The position numbers and the translations under genes are program-made. This document shows, piece after piece, positions 9,973 to 23,015 of a DNA stretch of 64,000 nucleotides. Within the stretch, counting starts at the first letter, position 1, and each line of letters opens with the position of its first letter. The notes beneath the pieces were generated by a model. It saw only the letters and a program-made list of their open reading frames with translations. It did not search any database and was not told where the DNA came from. Source of the DNA: Macrostomum lignano (lineage: Eukaryota); assembly GCA_002269645.1 (NCBI GenBank), contig NIVC01001908.1:158885-222884 (forward strand), written 5' to 3'.

Positions 9973-12637
9973 TTGAGATGATTTTTCATTTACCCCAAGA
10001 CAGTTCTTTATAAGAATTTTATAGCGCTCCAATATGCTCAGTATTATTATATGCTATTTGTTCTAGATTTGTGACAAAAGATGAAGTACAGTTCTCGGTT
10101 CTGGGTACTTTTGCACTTTTTCTCTCTGTCTCTCGTTCTCAACGTACCGCAGTTTCCCGGGTCAAGATGACCGAGTGAGGGCAGCAGCCAGGAGGGGGGT
10201 TGGTGATTCAGGCCACTCTAAGTTATAAGAACGAATTGCCGGGCTTGGTCTTGGGGATTAGGTCGTCAAATAATTCAGCTAGCAAGTTTGAGTAAAACTG
10301 TGCGGAAATATTCAGTAAACTGCTGAGAGAGGAAGAATGGAATATCGAATGTTTGGTTGAAGTACATTGATTTCATGGAAATGTTTTCGATGTCAACCCT
10401 CCCTTCTGTCGGTGTACATAAACAACAGAAATTTCCTTTGTAGCATTTGTCAAACAGAGCTTGATAAACTTGTAAATCAATCAATCTATAGCCATTAAAA
10501 CTGCACCCAAACCTCGTGTGACACCCACTTGACATTGTCAGAGCTCAGCTAAATCAAATGATGAAAGCAGTTGGCTCTTGAGTACAATTTTACCAACTCA
10601 AATAAATTACATTTTTTGTCAACTGTATTTCTACGCAAATCGGAGTTGGTTTATAATTAATTGCACTTTTGTCCCAAATTTAACGGCATTCAACATTGGA
10701 ACTCCCGGGGGTGAGTTTTAAATTTTCCATAAATAAATATAATTATGCGAATTTTTATCAACCTCCTAGCCTCCTAGTCTTCCCTGGATAGTTCAGCGAC
10801 TTTTGTTCTTTTTAGGCAATTGCTCGGTCCGCGCAGGATTTGGCCGGCTCAATTTCCTGAACGGCTGCTGGTTAATCCCTCCGGAAGACAAGTGGATTAA
10901 AAGATCAGGCGCCCGATACAATTTCCGAATTTTTTCTCTGCTCTACCAAAAGAGAAAATAGGCTTGGTTAAGTGAACCAGTGTCAGGTCGGAGATGCATT
11001 GCTCAGGCAATTAGTTCCACAGATTTTTATCTGGCCGAAGCTGAAGACCAACGAATTCGGCTTAGCTCATCTGCCGTGACGTCAAACGCAGGAACAGGCG
11101 ATTTTTTAGCATAAATCCCGCAAATTCGAGCAAATTCAACGAATGCCTGGACTGGCTGACCAGCTTAGCTGGGGCCTATTTTCTCATATTTTAGAATCAT
11201 CTTAGTCTGGTATTTTGGTCAACTGCTCTTTGCAACCGTCTCATCAGGAGACTACGGTAAGTAGTAGGGCGGTAACGTCCCCAACTCTGCGAACGATTGC
11301 AAGTTGACCTCACGCACAATGAGGGTCAGCCTCAAAGCTACAGAATGTGTACTTGTGGGGAGATGAGAGAGTCACCCTGTTTTACCTGTTGCTCTTCGTC
11401 AGCGCACGATGTCAACCTCAATCCAAGCATTTGAGGCTCAAAATAATACTGTTTGAACTATATATTAGGATCATTATGCTGCGGTGAAAGTCCAAAGTTT
11501 TTAGGATTATTATAACAGGAGAGCCTGCATATCGTCACAGGCCTCATAGTGATATCATCGCGCACTGCAATTAAGGTCTGACTTTATTTCAACTTACAGA
11601 TCCCCCGACTGCTGATCGTCCTTTTTAGGCTGTCTGTCTGCCCCCCTCATTCACTCAAAACTTGTCCTTCCTCAATTAAAAAATCCTTTTGAGCAAATCA
11701 TTCCTTCGTCTGGGCGACAGCACCGCTGCCCTGCAGTGCGTGCCTGAATTTTTCTCAACAGCAGCCCAAGTCTGCTGTTCAGCTTCAGACTAACAGTGCT
11801 CACTTTCTTGGCTTGGTACGGAAACTAACTTCTCTTCTTTGAGCAGCAAATTACTTTTTTTACGTTCGCTGATTGGCATGCGTAGTAATAAATCATTCCC
11901 CAATTGTCGGACGCTGAGCTGAGCTGAGCAAATGTGAGAGTGCTGTCAGCTGTCACAAAGCATTGGTGACGCTTTACTTGGTTGGTATTGACTGGCGTGT
12001 GAGAGGGACAATATTAATCGATTCTTAGTAACCATCAACTGCAGCCAAGCAAAATACAGAATATTTGGGAAACAAGGTAGAAGTACTATTACTAATGATG
12101 CTACATAGAAGCTCTCAAATCTGTTTTTTACAGGTATAGGAAATAAACAAACTCACAGCGCATTCTGTAACACCGGAAATCAAATAGCTGAACCATTACA
12201 AGCGCAGTGATTCTTGGAGCAGACACTTGGGGTGTCGGCACAGACACTGGCTCTGGCCAGTTCACATGATATCATCTGTACACGGATTTGCACTTAAGCT
12301 GCCGCACTATGGTACTGTACATGTATACACTGAGTAAATTAAATTAATATTGAGTGACGGACAAGTGACAGACAAGTAACGCAGCGTTCGTACACAGTGC
12401 AAATATTTTCATCAAAATTGACAGCGAATCTAACAATACATGTAGTTTATACAGTACAAATAGTTCAGCATTCGATCAGTTTACCAAAGTGAGTCACGCC
12501 TTCTGCAAGCGATAGGCTCTTGGTGTGATGATGCCTAGTTTGTTAATGTGCGCTCACGATAAGAGACTCGGTCGAGGCACTGGAACTCGAATAAAAATGG
12601 TACGAATAGAAGAGAGAAAACGGAGTTTAAATTTCGG

Positions 12638-13132
12638 TTACACTGCGGTGCTGTCCTGGTAGTCCCTGTCAATTGTTGGAATGTCATCATTAGCAACTGC
12701 CAGTGGGCCTCTGTCGCAGCAGTTATTCGTTGGCTCGACTGGCAACAATTGTTGCTGCTGTTGCCGCTGCAGCCTCCGCTCCCGTCGCTTTTGCTTCATC
12801 TCCTCCTGAGTCCGGGCCAGGAATCTGGGCACGAAGATTTGCACAAACACATCGCGAAACTGAGAGCTCATGCCGTAGAGCCAGAAGAAGTTTGTCGCCG
12901 AGTTGAGAATCACCAGGATGTCCATCACGTTGCCGACTTGCCTGTAGATGGTGTTGAACACGCAGTCGTCAACAGCGGCAGCCAGGTTGAGGCAGCCCTG
13001 TGGGAACTCAGTGACGGTGAAGCTTGTCACCACAGCAACCAGGAGCACGGTGGTGCGGGTGTTCTCGCGAAGGCTGCGCGCCTCCCGCGCGCGTACTTGC
13101 TCGGACTTTAGACGCTTTCGACGCTTGCGCAC
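12638..13132 (-). CDS. Neuropeptide GPCR (myosuppressin/sex-peptide receptor-like, srw-type), exon 2: TM6, TM7, C-tail
   Basis: Acceptor ccgcag|GTG at 13133/13132, phase 0. Motifs RTTVLLVAVVTSFTVTEFPQG and LNSATNFFWLYGMSSQFR are typical of this rhodopsin subfamily. Confidence 0.9.
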   Translation of the reverse strand: MRKRRKRLKSEQVRAREARSLRENTRTTVLLVAVVTSFTVTEFPQGCLNLAAAVDDCVFNTIYRQVGNVMDILVILNSATNFFWLYGMSSQFRDVFVQIFVPRFLARTQEEMKQKRRERRLQRQQQQQLLPVEPTNNCCDRGPLAVANDDIPTIDRDYQDSTAV

Positions 13133-15507
13133 CTGCGGATTATCGTTGAAGTTTTTTCAATTGTTTATATGTTGTGTTGTTCATAAAAAATAATGCCAAA
13201 GTAGATTCGACCATCTTCAGCAACAACCCAAGGAAGGGAGTCAAATCTGTCCTCTCAGTAGCATACCATCGAAGTTGCCCCAATCTGGGAATTTTGGTCA
13301 AACAGATCCCAGACGTTTTTTGTTTTAAAGGACATTATTTCTACTGCTGATCGTTAAAACTTCTACTGAATGGAAAGTCACTTAAAATTGCCATTCAACT
13401 TTGAAGAGGCTCACTGTGGGCTTTTGCTGAGCACTCTACCATCTGGTTACTTTCTATTTATACTGTGCGCTCACTGCTCCAGGAAAACGCTAGATTGGGG
13501 AAGAAACATCGATATTTATACCAGAGAGAGAAGTGCAAGAGATGACGGAAAACTCTGCCTCTTCTCGCCAAAAAATTATCGATTCCTGCAACACTAAAAA
13601 CAAGAATAAGTAGAGCTGGTGCCCTCGGCTTAAGTAGTCCGTGTCTCATTGCACAACAGCTACAAATATTTTTGATTGCAGCTTTCACCTTGCGCTCGTA
13701 AATACTCGGAGGTTCTCATTTTGCACATAAGAGACGAGACGTGAATGTAAACGACAATGAAAAGCCAGACTCAAATGGATTTAACACTAAGACAATGTCT
13801 TCTGCCAAACTCAATATCTCGGCAACTGAGACTTAAAGTAAGCTTTTATCTGCCTTTACGCAGCTGCCTTCACTAGTTTTCATCACTGCTCATCATCACT
13901 GCCATTATCAAGATTCGACAGGTAAAAGTGAGCGCTGAAGGTTGAATCGGGTGCACTTCGTCCCGTTGAATCATTAATAATGGACAAGACTATCTGAGCT
14001 TATTCTCAATAAGAAATATCTCTAGTAAGTAAAAATAAGAGAGAGAGTGACTTAGACATAGAGGGTAGTGGTTGCTGGGCAAACATCTGGCATAGAAGTC
14101 ACAGGAAAGCGCGATCTGGAACCCAAGCTCGGGTGGAAGAATGGATTGGTGTCGTGACTTCAGTCCACAGCTCGTTATCCACTTCCGCTGCACACCCGTC
14201 CTTGGCTCTCCCCATTCTGCTCTGTCACTGTCTCTCTCCTCCCCTTCGTGCGGGATTCGGTCTCCTCTTAGAGTACTCAGAATTCACTTTCTGGATGATG
14301 AAAGTGTCCGAGAAGCCGCTTGAGCCGCTTGCTTTTCATCAGTCATATTTTAACAAACCCCCAACTCCGCCCTCGATCTCACTCGCTGCCCAGAGCTTTT
14401 CTGTGGGGGCTCTCTCTGTCCCGACGTCTGTCGCTTCTGGCTTCTGCTCATAGCGTGCGATCCCATATAGCTTATCCGCACTTCGTTGCGGTTAATTTTT
14501 TCCCGATCTGAGCTGAGCGGCGCTTTCTGTCAAAAGGTATTTCCTACCCAGCAGGTACTGTTACTAATGCGCGGGTTGCTCACCTGTTGCTATCTGTAAT
14601 TTAATTTGCAATGTCTTTGCTGCCAACACTAGGAGAATCTGACGATTCCGAGTTACCTCTACAAGCATTCACCTGTCCATCAATTCCGAATACAGCAAAG
14701 ATGGCAGAACTTGTGGCTTGAGCGACAAGAAATTAGAAAATTTAATTTGATGGGATAATGTTTCTTGGAAGATTGAAGAATTCGAAGGATGGTCTGTTTG
14801 ATTTTTGCTTCCTACGCAATCGGGCATTTAATTTCCTGGGTTGCAATTTTTTAAGCCCAGGATTAAATGGCCACCAGATCCATTTCCCCATGCCAAAGAT
14901 CTTCCAAACAATTTCGAGACTAATGAATGTTCCTATTTCGGAACTAGCCACCCCTTCAAGTTCAGATTACAGCATCCGGTTTAAAAAGTTGCTAATCGGC
15001 TTATCTCGGCTAGAAAAAGTCGTCACGTGACTCAGATTTCTTGCCTCAGAGTTGGAGAAATCGGTTGGCAAGTCACTCGATTGTCGACAGAATTTTCTCC
15101 AATTAAATTTCGCGCTGAGTAGTCAAATAAAGTATGCCTAATGCCTGTCTAACTGATTCTAAAGGGCTCAGTTCACTACGCCAGACTGAACGAACCGCTG
15201 CATTGCACATTATCTGTTTACGGGGCATGAAAAGACAGGATAAATGGCAGGCAATAATATTATTACATAGAAAAGCTGTAGGTCGGCTACTATAGGCCAG
15301 TTCACTTAAGTGGTTAAGCGAGCCCTCTTCTCTACAAGCGTTGATGCGGAAACCGAAACACAAACATATCGGTCACTGGCCCATTTTCCGACACTCGCTC
15401 TGCACTTTTGCTTCACTGCAGAATAGGCAATGTTCAGGGCGCAGTTTTCTGCATAAACAATTTATTTTGTGAACTTTGCTGCGGAAATAGAAAAGTTTAC
15501 GACTCAC

Positions 15508-16350
15508 CTGCTGCAGCGTGTAGAGCAGCATCCCGCTGAAAATGCAGTTTAACAACGAACTGGTCATCTTCACGAAGATCCCATAGATGTACATGTTTAA
15601 CGTCTCAATGTGCAGTTCCTCGACCCAGTCGTACAGCTTGAACCACCAGCTGTCCGTACCCTCGGCTCCGCAGTTGATCATCTTGTAGATGAGCGAGTTG
15701 GGCATGGTGGCCAGCAGGGACACCACAACGATGCCCAGCAGGCAGCAGCGTGCTCTCCGCATGCTGCACCAGGCCGGCCCGTCTGTCGGGAAGTAGACGG
15801 CTACGAAGCGGAAGAAAGCCAGCGCCACGGTAAACAGCGTGCCAATCACGTGGCCTACTATGGACACAACGTTGTGCACCAGAATGAGCAGAATGCCCAG
15901 GCGGGAGTGCCCGCCGTCGGGGCTGGGCTCGCTCAGCACGTACAAGTACACAGCATAGTAGGTATAGGAGGCCAGTTTACCGATGTCGCACAGAGCGATG
16001 CAGGTCAGAATCAAATTGAATGGATTTCTCATCGCCTTCCTCGTGAGCACCACACAGACGATGATGTTTAGCAGGATGCCAATCACGCAGACGCTGCTGC
16101 TCAGGTAGCCATGGAATTTTGCCATGTTGTGCTCCAGGCTCTCCAAAGCGCTAAAGTTGTAGCCGCTGCAGTCGCGCTTCGGCTGATCGATGTCCGCCCC
16201 GCTGCTGTCGCACCCGACGGTGACGCTGCCGTTGAATGCGCCGATTGATAAGTCGATGCTGTCGAGACCGCCGACCGTGATGTTGCGAAGGCCGAAACCG
16301 GCCGTGCTGACTGCCGAGGCTCGGCTTGGCAGGCTGTACTGCCGGGTCAT
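15508..16350 (-). CDS. Neuropeptide GPCR exon 1: N-terminus and TM1-TM5
   Basis: ATG at 16350. Motifs HGYLS..VC.IGILLNII...VLTRKAMRNPFNLILTCIALCD, LAFFRFVAV (DRY-equivalent) and YGIFVKM. Donor CAG|GTGAGT at 15508/15507, phase 0. Spliced product is about 445 aa. Confidence 0.9.
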
Positions 16351-16725
16351 GCTGATTTGGCTTTGCGCTAGCGATCTGGGGTCAGGGGCTGTGGCCAAAT
16401 TGTTTTACTTCTTCGTTTACCTTAACTAGCTTTGACTGAACTTCGGTTCAAATGTTCGCAGAGGAGCGAGTCGTTCGTGTGCCTATGCATCTCTGTTGCT
16501 ATATCCTTATATCTCTGCTTCTCTGCTAGAACCGATTCCTGACCGCTCTGCAATTGGTCCATCCGTTCCAAGCCACTTCTTTCCATTTTTTCACTCCCCC
16601 TCCCTCTAGCTGGCGCTCCCTCAGCTCCCAGAGTGTCGTTCGCGGAGCCAGTCCGACAACTCCCCGTGCTGTCACCAGCCCAGCCTCATCCTCCCCCGCA
16701 CTTTGCGTTTTCCCCGGAGGTCTGA

Positions 16726-16947
16726 ATGTCCAAATCCAGCGCTTCCACCGCGGCAGCAGTGCAAGAGGCGGCCATCGTTTCACCAAACAGTAGCGCAAAG
16801 CTTCAAAATGGGAACCAAGGCCAAGGGAATACATGCGGTGCGTTGGTCGAAAATGCAAGCGCTGACACGGGAAGCCCGTGCGACCGCATGGAGTTGGACG
16901 CAGCGAAATTCGCGAGAGATAAGACGTTGGGAAGAATTTTTTGCCAG
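16726..16947 (+). CDS. Putative first coding exon of a small unidentified gene, divergent from the GPCR
   Basis: ATG-initiated 74-codon frame (MSKSSASTAAAVQEAA...RDKTLGRIFCQ) ending at a strong phase-0 donor CAG|GTATGT. No homology recognised. Confidence 0.35.
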
Positions 16948-17204
16948 GTATGTCCTGAAAAGTACTTTTCGTCAGGATGCAGCTGTTGGACGACCTCTTT
17001 CTGTTTTGAACGTTGGCCTTCAATGCAAAAGCAGAGTAAAAATCCACGAATTCAATACTGAAGCAGTGATTTACCGACGTCAATATCTGTGTATCTGTGA
17101 TACGCAGTGTTTCGACCGCTTGGTTTGTTCCATTCAAAAACAGATTACGTTTCAATTTAGACAAAAAATTTCTTCAATATTTCCCTTCTTTTGACCCCCA
17201 AACA

Positions 17205-17871
17205 TACAGCAACCTCTCTTCCACTTCCAAACATGCAGCACCCTCTCTTCCACTTGACATGTAGAAGCCACTCTTCCACTTCCTAACATACAGCACCCTC
17301 TCTTCCACTCCCTAACATACAGCACCCTCTCTTCCACTTCCAAACATACAGCAGCCTCTCTTCCCCTTCCTAACATACAGCACCCTCTCTTCCCCTTCCT
17401 AACATACAGCACCCTCTCTTCCCCTTCCTAACATACAGCACCCTCTCTTCCACTTCCTAACATACAGCACCCTCTCTTCAACTTCCTAACATACAGCACC
17501 CTCTCTTCCACTTCCAAACATACAGCAGCCTCTCTTCCCCTTCCTAACATACAGCACCCTCTCTTCCACTTCCTAACATACAGCAGCCTCTCTTCCCCTT
17601 CCTAACATACAGCAGCCTCTCTTCCCCTTCCTAACATACAGCACCCTCTCTTCCACTTCCTAACATACAGCAGCCTCTCTTCCACTTCCTAACATACAGC
17701 AGCCTCTCTTCCACTTCCTAACATACAGCAGCCTCTCTTCCCCTTCCTAACATACAGCAGCCTCTCTTACACTTCCTAACATACAGCAGCCTCTCTTACA
17801 CTTCCTAACATACAGCAACCTCTCTTCCCCTTCCTAACATACAGCAGCCTCTCTTCCACTTCCTAACATAC
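17205..17871. repeat. Minisatellite, about 22 x 30 bp (CTTCCTAACATACAGCACCCTCTCTTCCAC)
   Basis: Direct inspection. Confidence 0.93.
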
Positions 17872-18068
17872 AGGACCAATAAAAACATCCTCCATAAACT
17901 TGACAAACACAAGAAAGCGCGAACTGCAGTGGATCATAGCAGAGATACCCCAGAAGCCGCAGCTCGCAAGCGTCACGCCAAAATGGGGGCGAACTGACAG
18001 TCACTAACTGGCCGACACGCGGATGTATTGGAAATAATTAGAGCCTGAAAACGGGCTCAGATTCACAG

Positions 18069-18257
18069 AACTACATGTACATGGTTGGTAGCGAAGACGG
18101 CAATCAGAGCCAGCTGAGATATAGGGGGGGGGGGAGAACAGATGATTCTGGCGTCCAGAGGAGGGGGTTGCTCGGATTCACACCACGTCCCTTCCGCCGC
18201 ACGCACACAACCCCAACCTCCAGTAGCGTAATCTCATTTATTCCTCGTGAGGATTAA
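18069..18257 (+). CDS. Putative second/terminal exon joining 16726-16947 (NYMYMVGSED...PRED*)
   Basis: Acceptor ttcacag| at 18068; phase 0; open to TAA. Speculative. Confidence 0.22.
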   Translation, partial: NYMYMVGSEDGNQSQLRYRGGGRTDDSGVQRRGLLGFTPRPFRRTHTTPTSSSVISFIPRED

Positions 18258-18814
18258 CGACTGCAGGAGCCGGCAGAGGCCGATAAGAATTTGGGACGGC
18301 TCGAGCAAGGCATGCCGATAGAAGCGGCGCTGGCTTGTAAACACGAATCACTGGCATAGATATGCCTGAGCAGGGGCATTGGGAATCAGCGAGAACAGAA
18401 ATCTGCCTGTGCTGGCACTGGCGCATCTTCTAGACAGACTCCCGGCTCTTAACGGGGCCGCTGCCATAATATCTGCGCGAATAAAGGGGAAACTGACCGG
18501 TGGACAGAAAATTGATGGCGCTGCAGACCGAATCTATCCAATGAAGGGACTGTCAAATGCAAAGAATGCACACACGGGGAGAACAGTGAACTTGACGGGA
18601 CAGCAGATGGAATGAAAACATGCTGCCTTTACGACTTCTGCCTGCTTAATTCCCCTTAGTTACAGGATAAGAGAAATTTAAGAGAATAGAATGCCAACAT
18701 TATTGACACACAGCTGCTTTCAACGCTAATATCATTCCGTTAAATTTCCGTTTTGCACAATGCTGCAACTGACAGACACTGAGAATAGAGATGCAGCGAC
18801 AAATATGAAGACAA

Positions 18815-18850
18815 AGAGACAGACAGACAGACAGACAGACACACAGACAC

Positions 18851-18897
<47 letters not shown>

Positions 18898-18906
18898 GTT
18901 AGACGG
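18815..18906. repeat. (AGAC)n microsatellite
   Basis: Direct inspection. Confidence 0.95.
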
Positions 18907-19405
18907 ATGGACAGAGAAAGTATTTTTCGCACTTTACTACTATATACGCTGGTATTGGTTTGACTCTCTAGAGTCTATAGATAGCCAATATAACTGCCGT
19001 CTAAGTCATATCCCGACAGAAAGACGTCAGAATCTTGTGAAAAGGGCTGAATTTAAAGATTCCTTGATAGCCGATACGAGCGTAAGCTTAAGTTTCACTT
19101 TTTGCAGAGACTTTGGACTATTTTTATCCACAAAGGAATAATTTTAATTGGAAAATAATAATAGATTAACAATGAACAAAAAGCACATTACCAATTAATA
19201 TTGAGTCAATTAAAGCAGAACTGCTAAGCACTTACAAGCGATTTATACATGCACTTCGCTAGTCAAGCAAAAAATCCTGCTTAAGTCATTGGAGATTAAA
19301 AAAGGTTAACTGCTAAAATGTTTCAGTTTCAATTTTGGTTTCGTAGAAACAAAAAATATTAGAAGGGCAAGATGGTACTGCACCCCGATGTCTCGCAATG
19401 GCGAT

Positions 19406-19816
19406 GTTGCTGAATCAGTGCGAGCTGTGGGGGGGGGGTTAGGGAGTGAGGTTGCTGAATCAGTGCGAGCTGTGGGGGGTTAGGGAATGAGGTTGCTGAA
19501 TCAGTGCGAGCTGTGGGGGGGGTTAGGGAATGAGGTTGCTGAATGAGTGCGAGCTGTGGGGGGTAGGGAGTAAAGCTGCTGAATGAGTGCGAGCTGTAGG
19601 GGGTAGGGAATGAGGTTGCTGAATCAGTGAGAGCTGTAGGGGGGGGGTAGGGAGTGAAGCTGCTGAATGAGTGCGAGCTGTAGGGGGTAGGGAGTGAAGT
19701 TGCTGAATGAGTGCGAGCTGTGGGGGGTAGGGGTGAGGTTATTGAATGAGTGCGAGCTGTGGGGGGGGTAGGGGGTGAGGTTGTTGAATGAGTGCGAGCT
19801 GTGGGGGGTAGGGAGT
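19406..19816. repeat. G-rich minisatellite, about 10 x 39-43 bp (GCTGAATGAGTGCGAGCTGTGGGGGGTAGGGAGTGAGGTT), just downstream of the DEG/ENaC stop
   Basis: Direct inspection; unit length varies with the G-run length. Confidence 0.9.
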
Positions 19817-19941
19817 GGCTACGTTTTTTGGGAGATTAAAGACAATGAAACACTCTCTAAAGCTTTTAAAATATGTTAGCCAGAATATCCAGTCCTTGCA
19901 TCCCACATTCACTAACAAGAAGAGGCTCTGCGGCTTCGCCA

Positions 19942-20446
19942 TCAGGCCCCGCGAAGCCGACAAAAGGCCAAGTAGAGAAACTCGATGATTTCAACGAAGA
20001 ACGCCATGGTGAGTCCGAGGCAAAGCGAGCAAAGACCGCCTACCCGGCTGACCAGCGCCTCAAATGTGACGGTCAGCTTCTCCTCTCGTCTCGTTGTGTC
20101 AAACGTCTTTCGTCGAACTATGACGTAAGCGTAGCTGTTCTCTCCCGAAGGCAGCTCATCATGCCTACTCGGAGTCCCAGCTGGCATCCGGGTGAGGTCC
20201 GGAGCGTCCAGGTAGTTCAGAATCTGTTTGGCGAGAGGTCCTACGCTGTGTCTATGGATGATTGCCTCCTTGAGCTGTTTCCAGCTCTGCGACTGGTTGA
20301 GCATCCAGTGCAGCTGAAAGTCTGTGGCCCTCCATCTGGTGATTGACAGCTCTTGCTTATAGTAGTACTTGCTGCAGCGCTTTCTGCAGGAGGCGTCGTT
20401 GTCAGCCGTGCCAGTATCGCCTAGGGATTCCAGGCACCTGAGTCGG
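19942..20446 (-). CDS. DEG/ENaC-family ion channel, exon 4 (end of thumb, beta-ball/palm, TM2)
   Basis: Acceptor catttcag|c at 20447/20446 completes GA|C (Asp). Reads DRLRCLES...SCRKRCSKYYYKQELSITRW...TFEALVSRVGGLCSLCLGLTMAFFVEIIEFLY, a TM2 signature. Confidence 0.88.
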
Positions 20447-20535
20447 CTGAAATGTTTTAAAGAACTTGGGGCTTAGTAATTTTGCGTTCTGAGCATTGTA
20501 TGGTGAAAGACTTTACGGCATTTGACGAAGAGATG

Positions 20536-21690
20536 CTAGCTTCCTTCTTCCTTCCTTCCTTCCTTCCTTCCTTCCTTCCTTCCTTCCTTCCTTCCTCCCT
20601 TCCTTCCTTCCTTCCTTCCTTCCTTCCTTCCTTCCTTCCTTCCTCCCTTCCTCCCTCCCTTCCTTCCTCCCTTCCTTCCTCCCTTCCTTCCTCCCTTCCT
20701 TCCTCCCTTCCTTCCTTCCTTCCTTCCTTCCTTCCTTCCTTCCTTCCTCCCTTCCTTCCTCCCTTCCTTCCTTCCTTCCTTCCTCCCTTCCTTCCTTCCT
20801 TCCTTCCTCCCTTCCTTCCTTCCTTCCTTCCTTCCTTCCTCCCTTCCTTCCTCCCTTCCTTCCTCCCTTCCTTCCTCCCTTCCTTCCTTCCTTCCTTCCT
20901 CCCTTCCTTCCTTCCTTCCTTCCTTCCTTCCTTCCTTCCTTCCTTCCTCCCTTCCTTCCTCCCTTCCTTCCTCCCTTCCTTCCTCCCTTCCTTCCTCCCT
21001 TCCTTCCTCCCTTCCTTCCTTCCTTCCTCCCTTCCTTCCTCCCTTCCTTCCTCCCTTCCTTCCTCCCTTCCTTCCTTCCTTCCTTCCTCCCTTCCTTCCT
21101 CCCTTCCTTCCTCCCTTCCTTCCTTCCTTCCTTCCTTCCTTCCTTCCTTCCTTCCTTCCTTCCTCCCTTCCTCCCTTCCTTCCTCCCTTCCTTCCTTCCT
21201 CCCTTCCTTCCTTCCTTCCTTCCTTCCTTCCTTCCTTCCTTCCTTCCTCCCTTCCTTCCTCCCTTCCTTCCTCCCTTCCTTCCTCCCTTCCTTCCTTCCT
21301 CCCTTCCTTCCTCCCTTCCTTCCTCCCTTCCTTCCTTCCTTCCTTCCTTCCTTCCTTCCTTCCTTCCTTCCTCCCTTCCTTCCTTCCTTCCTTCCTTCCT
21401 TCCTTCCTTCCTTCTTTCCTTCCTTCATCCTTCCTTCCTTCCTTCCTTCCTCCCTTCCTTCCTTCCTTCCTTCCTTCCTTCCTTCCTTCCTTCCTTCCTC
21501 CCTTCCTTCCTCCCTTCCTTCCTCCCTTCCTTCCTCCCTTCCTTCCTTCCTCCCTTCCTTCCTCCCTTCCTTCCTCCCTTCCTTCCTTCCTTCCTTCCTT
21601 CCTTCCTTCCTTCCTTCCTTCCTCCCTTCCTTCCTTCCTTCCTTCCTTCCTTCCTTCCTTCCTTCTTTCCTTCCTTCATCCTTCCTTCCT
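20536..21690. repeat. (CTTC/CCTC)n microsatellite, about 1.15 kb, almost pure pyrimidine on the + strand (DEG/ENaC intron 3)
   Basis: Direct inspection. The marker CTTTCCTTCCTTCATCC occurs twice about 250 bp apart, indicating an internal duplication. Confidence 0.97.
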
Positions 21691-23015
21691 TAGTTTATTG
21701 GCGCTGGACGTGCAAGCGCCAGCAGAAACCGACAGTAGACCCGCATATATTCCAGCAAATGCCGGGTAAAGTGGAGGCGGTTTCAAGCTCTGTCGGTAGC
21801 TGCGCTAGCTGCAAATTTTCGCTGCTGGATATGAGTACGCTCGTATTGCTAACAATTCTCTGCACATTTTGCATTGTCAAGTGATGGAGAGATTTTTACC
21901 GTTTTTGGGCATAAGCGATAGCTTCATCCCGGAGCCTTTTCATGAAAATTTTCATTGCAAGTCGTTCATTGCAGCTATTAATTTTCAAAAGGCAGCCACT
22001 GATCGACTCTGATTATCAACAATGAGGCCAAACAGACAAAGGAAGGCTTCATTCAAGGCGGGATGCAAAAGAGGAAGAACAATAGAGCTGAATTTACGCT
22101 GATAAAGGGATATTTTTAACGCACCGATTCGGTTTGCAGATAAGCTTTGGCTTCGTTTGTTACGACATTCATGTGATTCCATCTTTAATTAAGTGAAACT
22201 ACTCGCCATTTTCCGCTGCTTGCTACTATAAGTAGTAATGGTTTTTTCAAATGGAAGAATCTCGGACGAAATTGAATTGAATTCAGTGATATTTTGCTTG
22301 CAGTCAAATGCACTCCCTGTGAATGAAGTGCTTCTCATTTTTTCAGAGAATTTTTCCAAATATTGACGGCCGATGCAAGAGCAACAGAACTCAATTGAAG
22401 TATATGGCACAGGTAAGATCTGATTCGTGAGATGTTCTATTAATTTCTACCACTAAGCAAAGTGTATTGATTTCACTGCACCCGAAATCACGAACATCTG
22501 GTCTGCCAGCGCACTGGACCTGGCTCTGTCAGTCACAGCCTGCCCAATTTTTCTATGGAAGATTTGAGGAAACGAAAGCTTTCTGACAGTGATTGCACAG
22601 CTGTTGCAGGTGAAATTTCATCTGGCCTCGATTTAGTCCAGGTCCAGCGCCTGGTCTGTCTCTGGCACCAATTCCACTCGTCGTCTTTCCAGAAATCATG
22701 CGAATTTTTTTTTTGAAAAATCCATCTCTCATTTACGCTCGTAATACGTCATTCCGAATCAAGGAGACTTAGGGATGAGGGATTCGACTTTCCATAACCT
22801 CATCTCCGAGGCACGCGTCAAATTGCGTATACAGCCAACGATGAGAATGTCAAGGTGTACATCACCAGTGGAGGCTGGGGATGATGGCGCCCCTTTATGA
22901 CACAGGAGTGCCATAAAACACAAGCATAGAAGTTGACTGGATAACTTCATACTATAAGCACAGGTCCTCATCAGAATCAAGGTCCTCACCGCCCCCGCCC
23001 TCAGTTTGCTCAGTA

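Noticed and set aside
6488-11260. CTGATGA hammerhead core candidates (6490; 11243 on the minus strand; also 22968 and 40632)
   Set aside because: None is followed by a stem II plus GAAA and a closing stem III.
12703-16071. Plus-strand ORFs overlapping the GPCR exons (and similar ones over the innexins and DEG/ENaC)
   Set aside because: Antisense shadows of GC3-rich coding sequence.
20457-21693. Long KEGR/LPSF ORFs
   Set aside because: Translations of a (CTTC)n microsatellite inside a DEG/ENaC intron.
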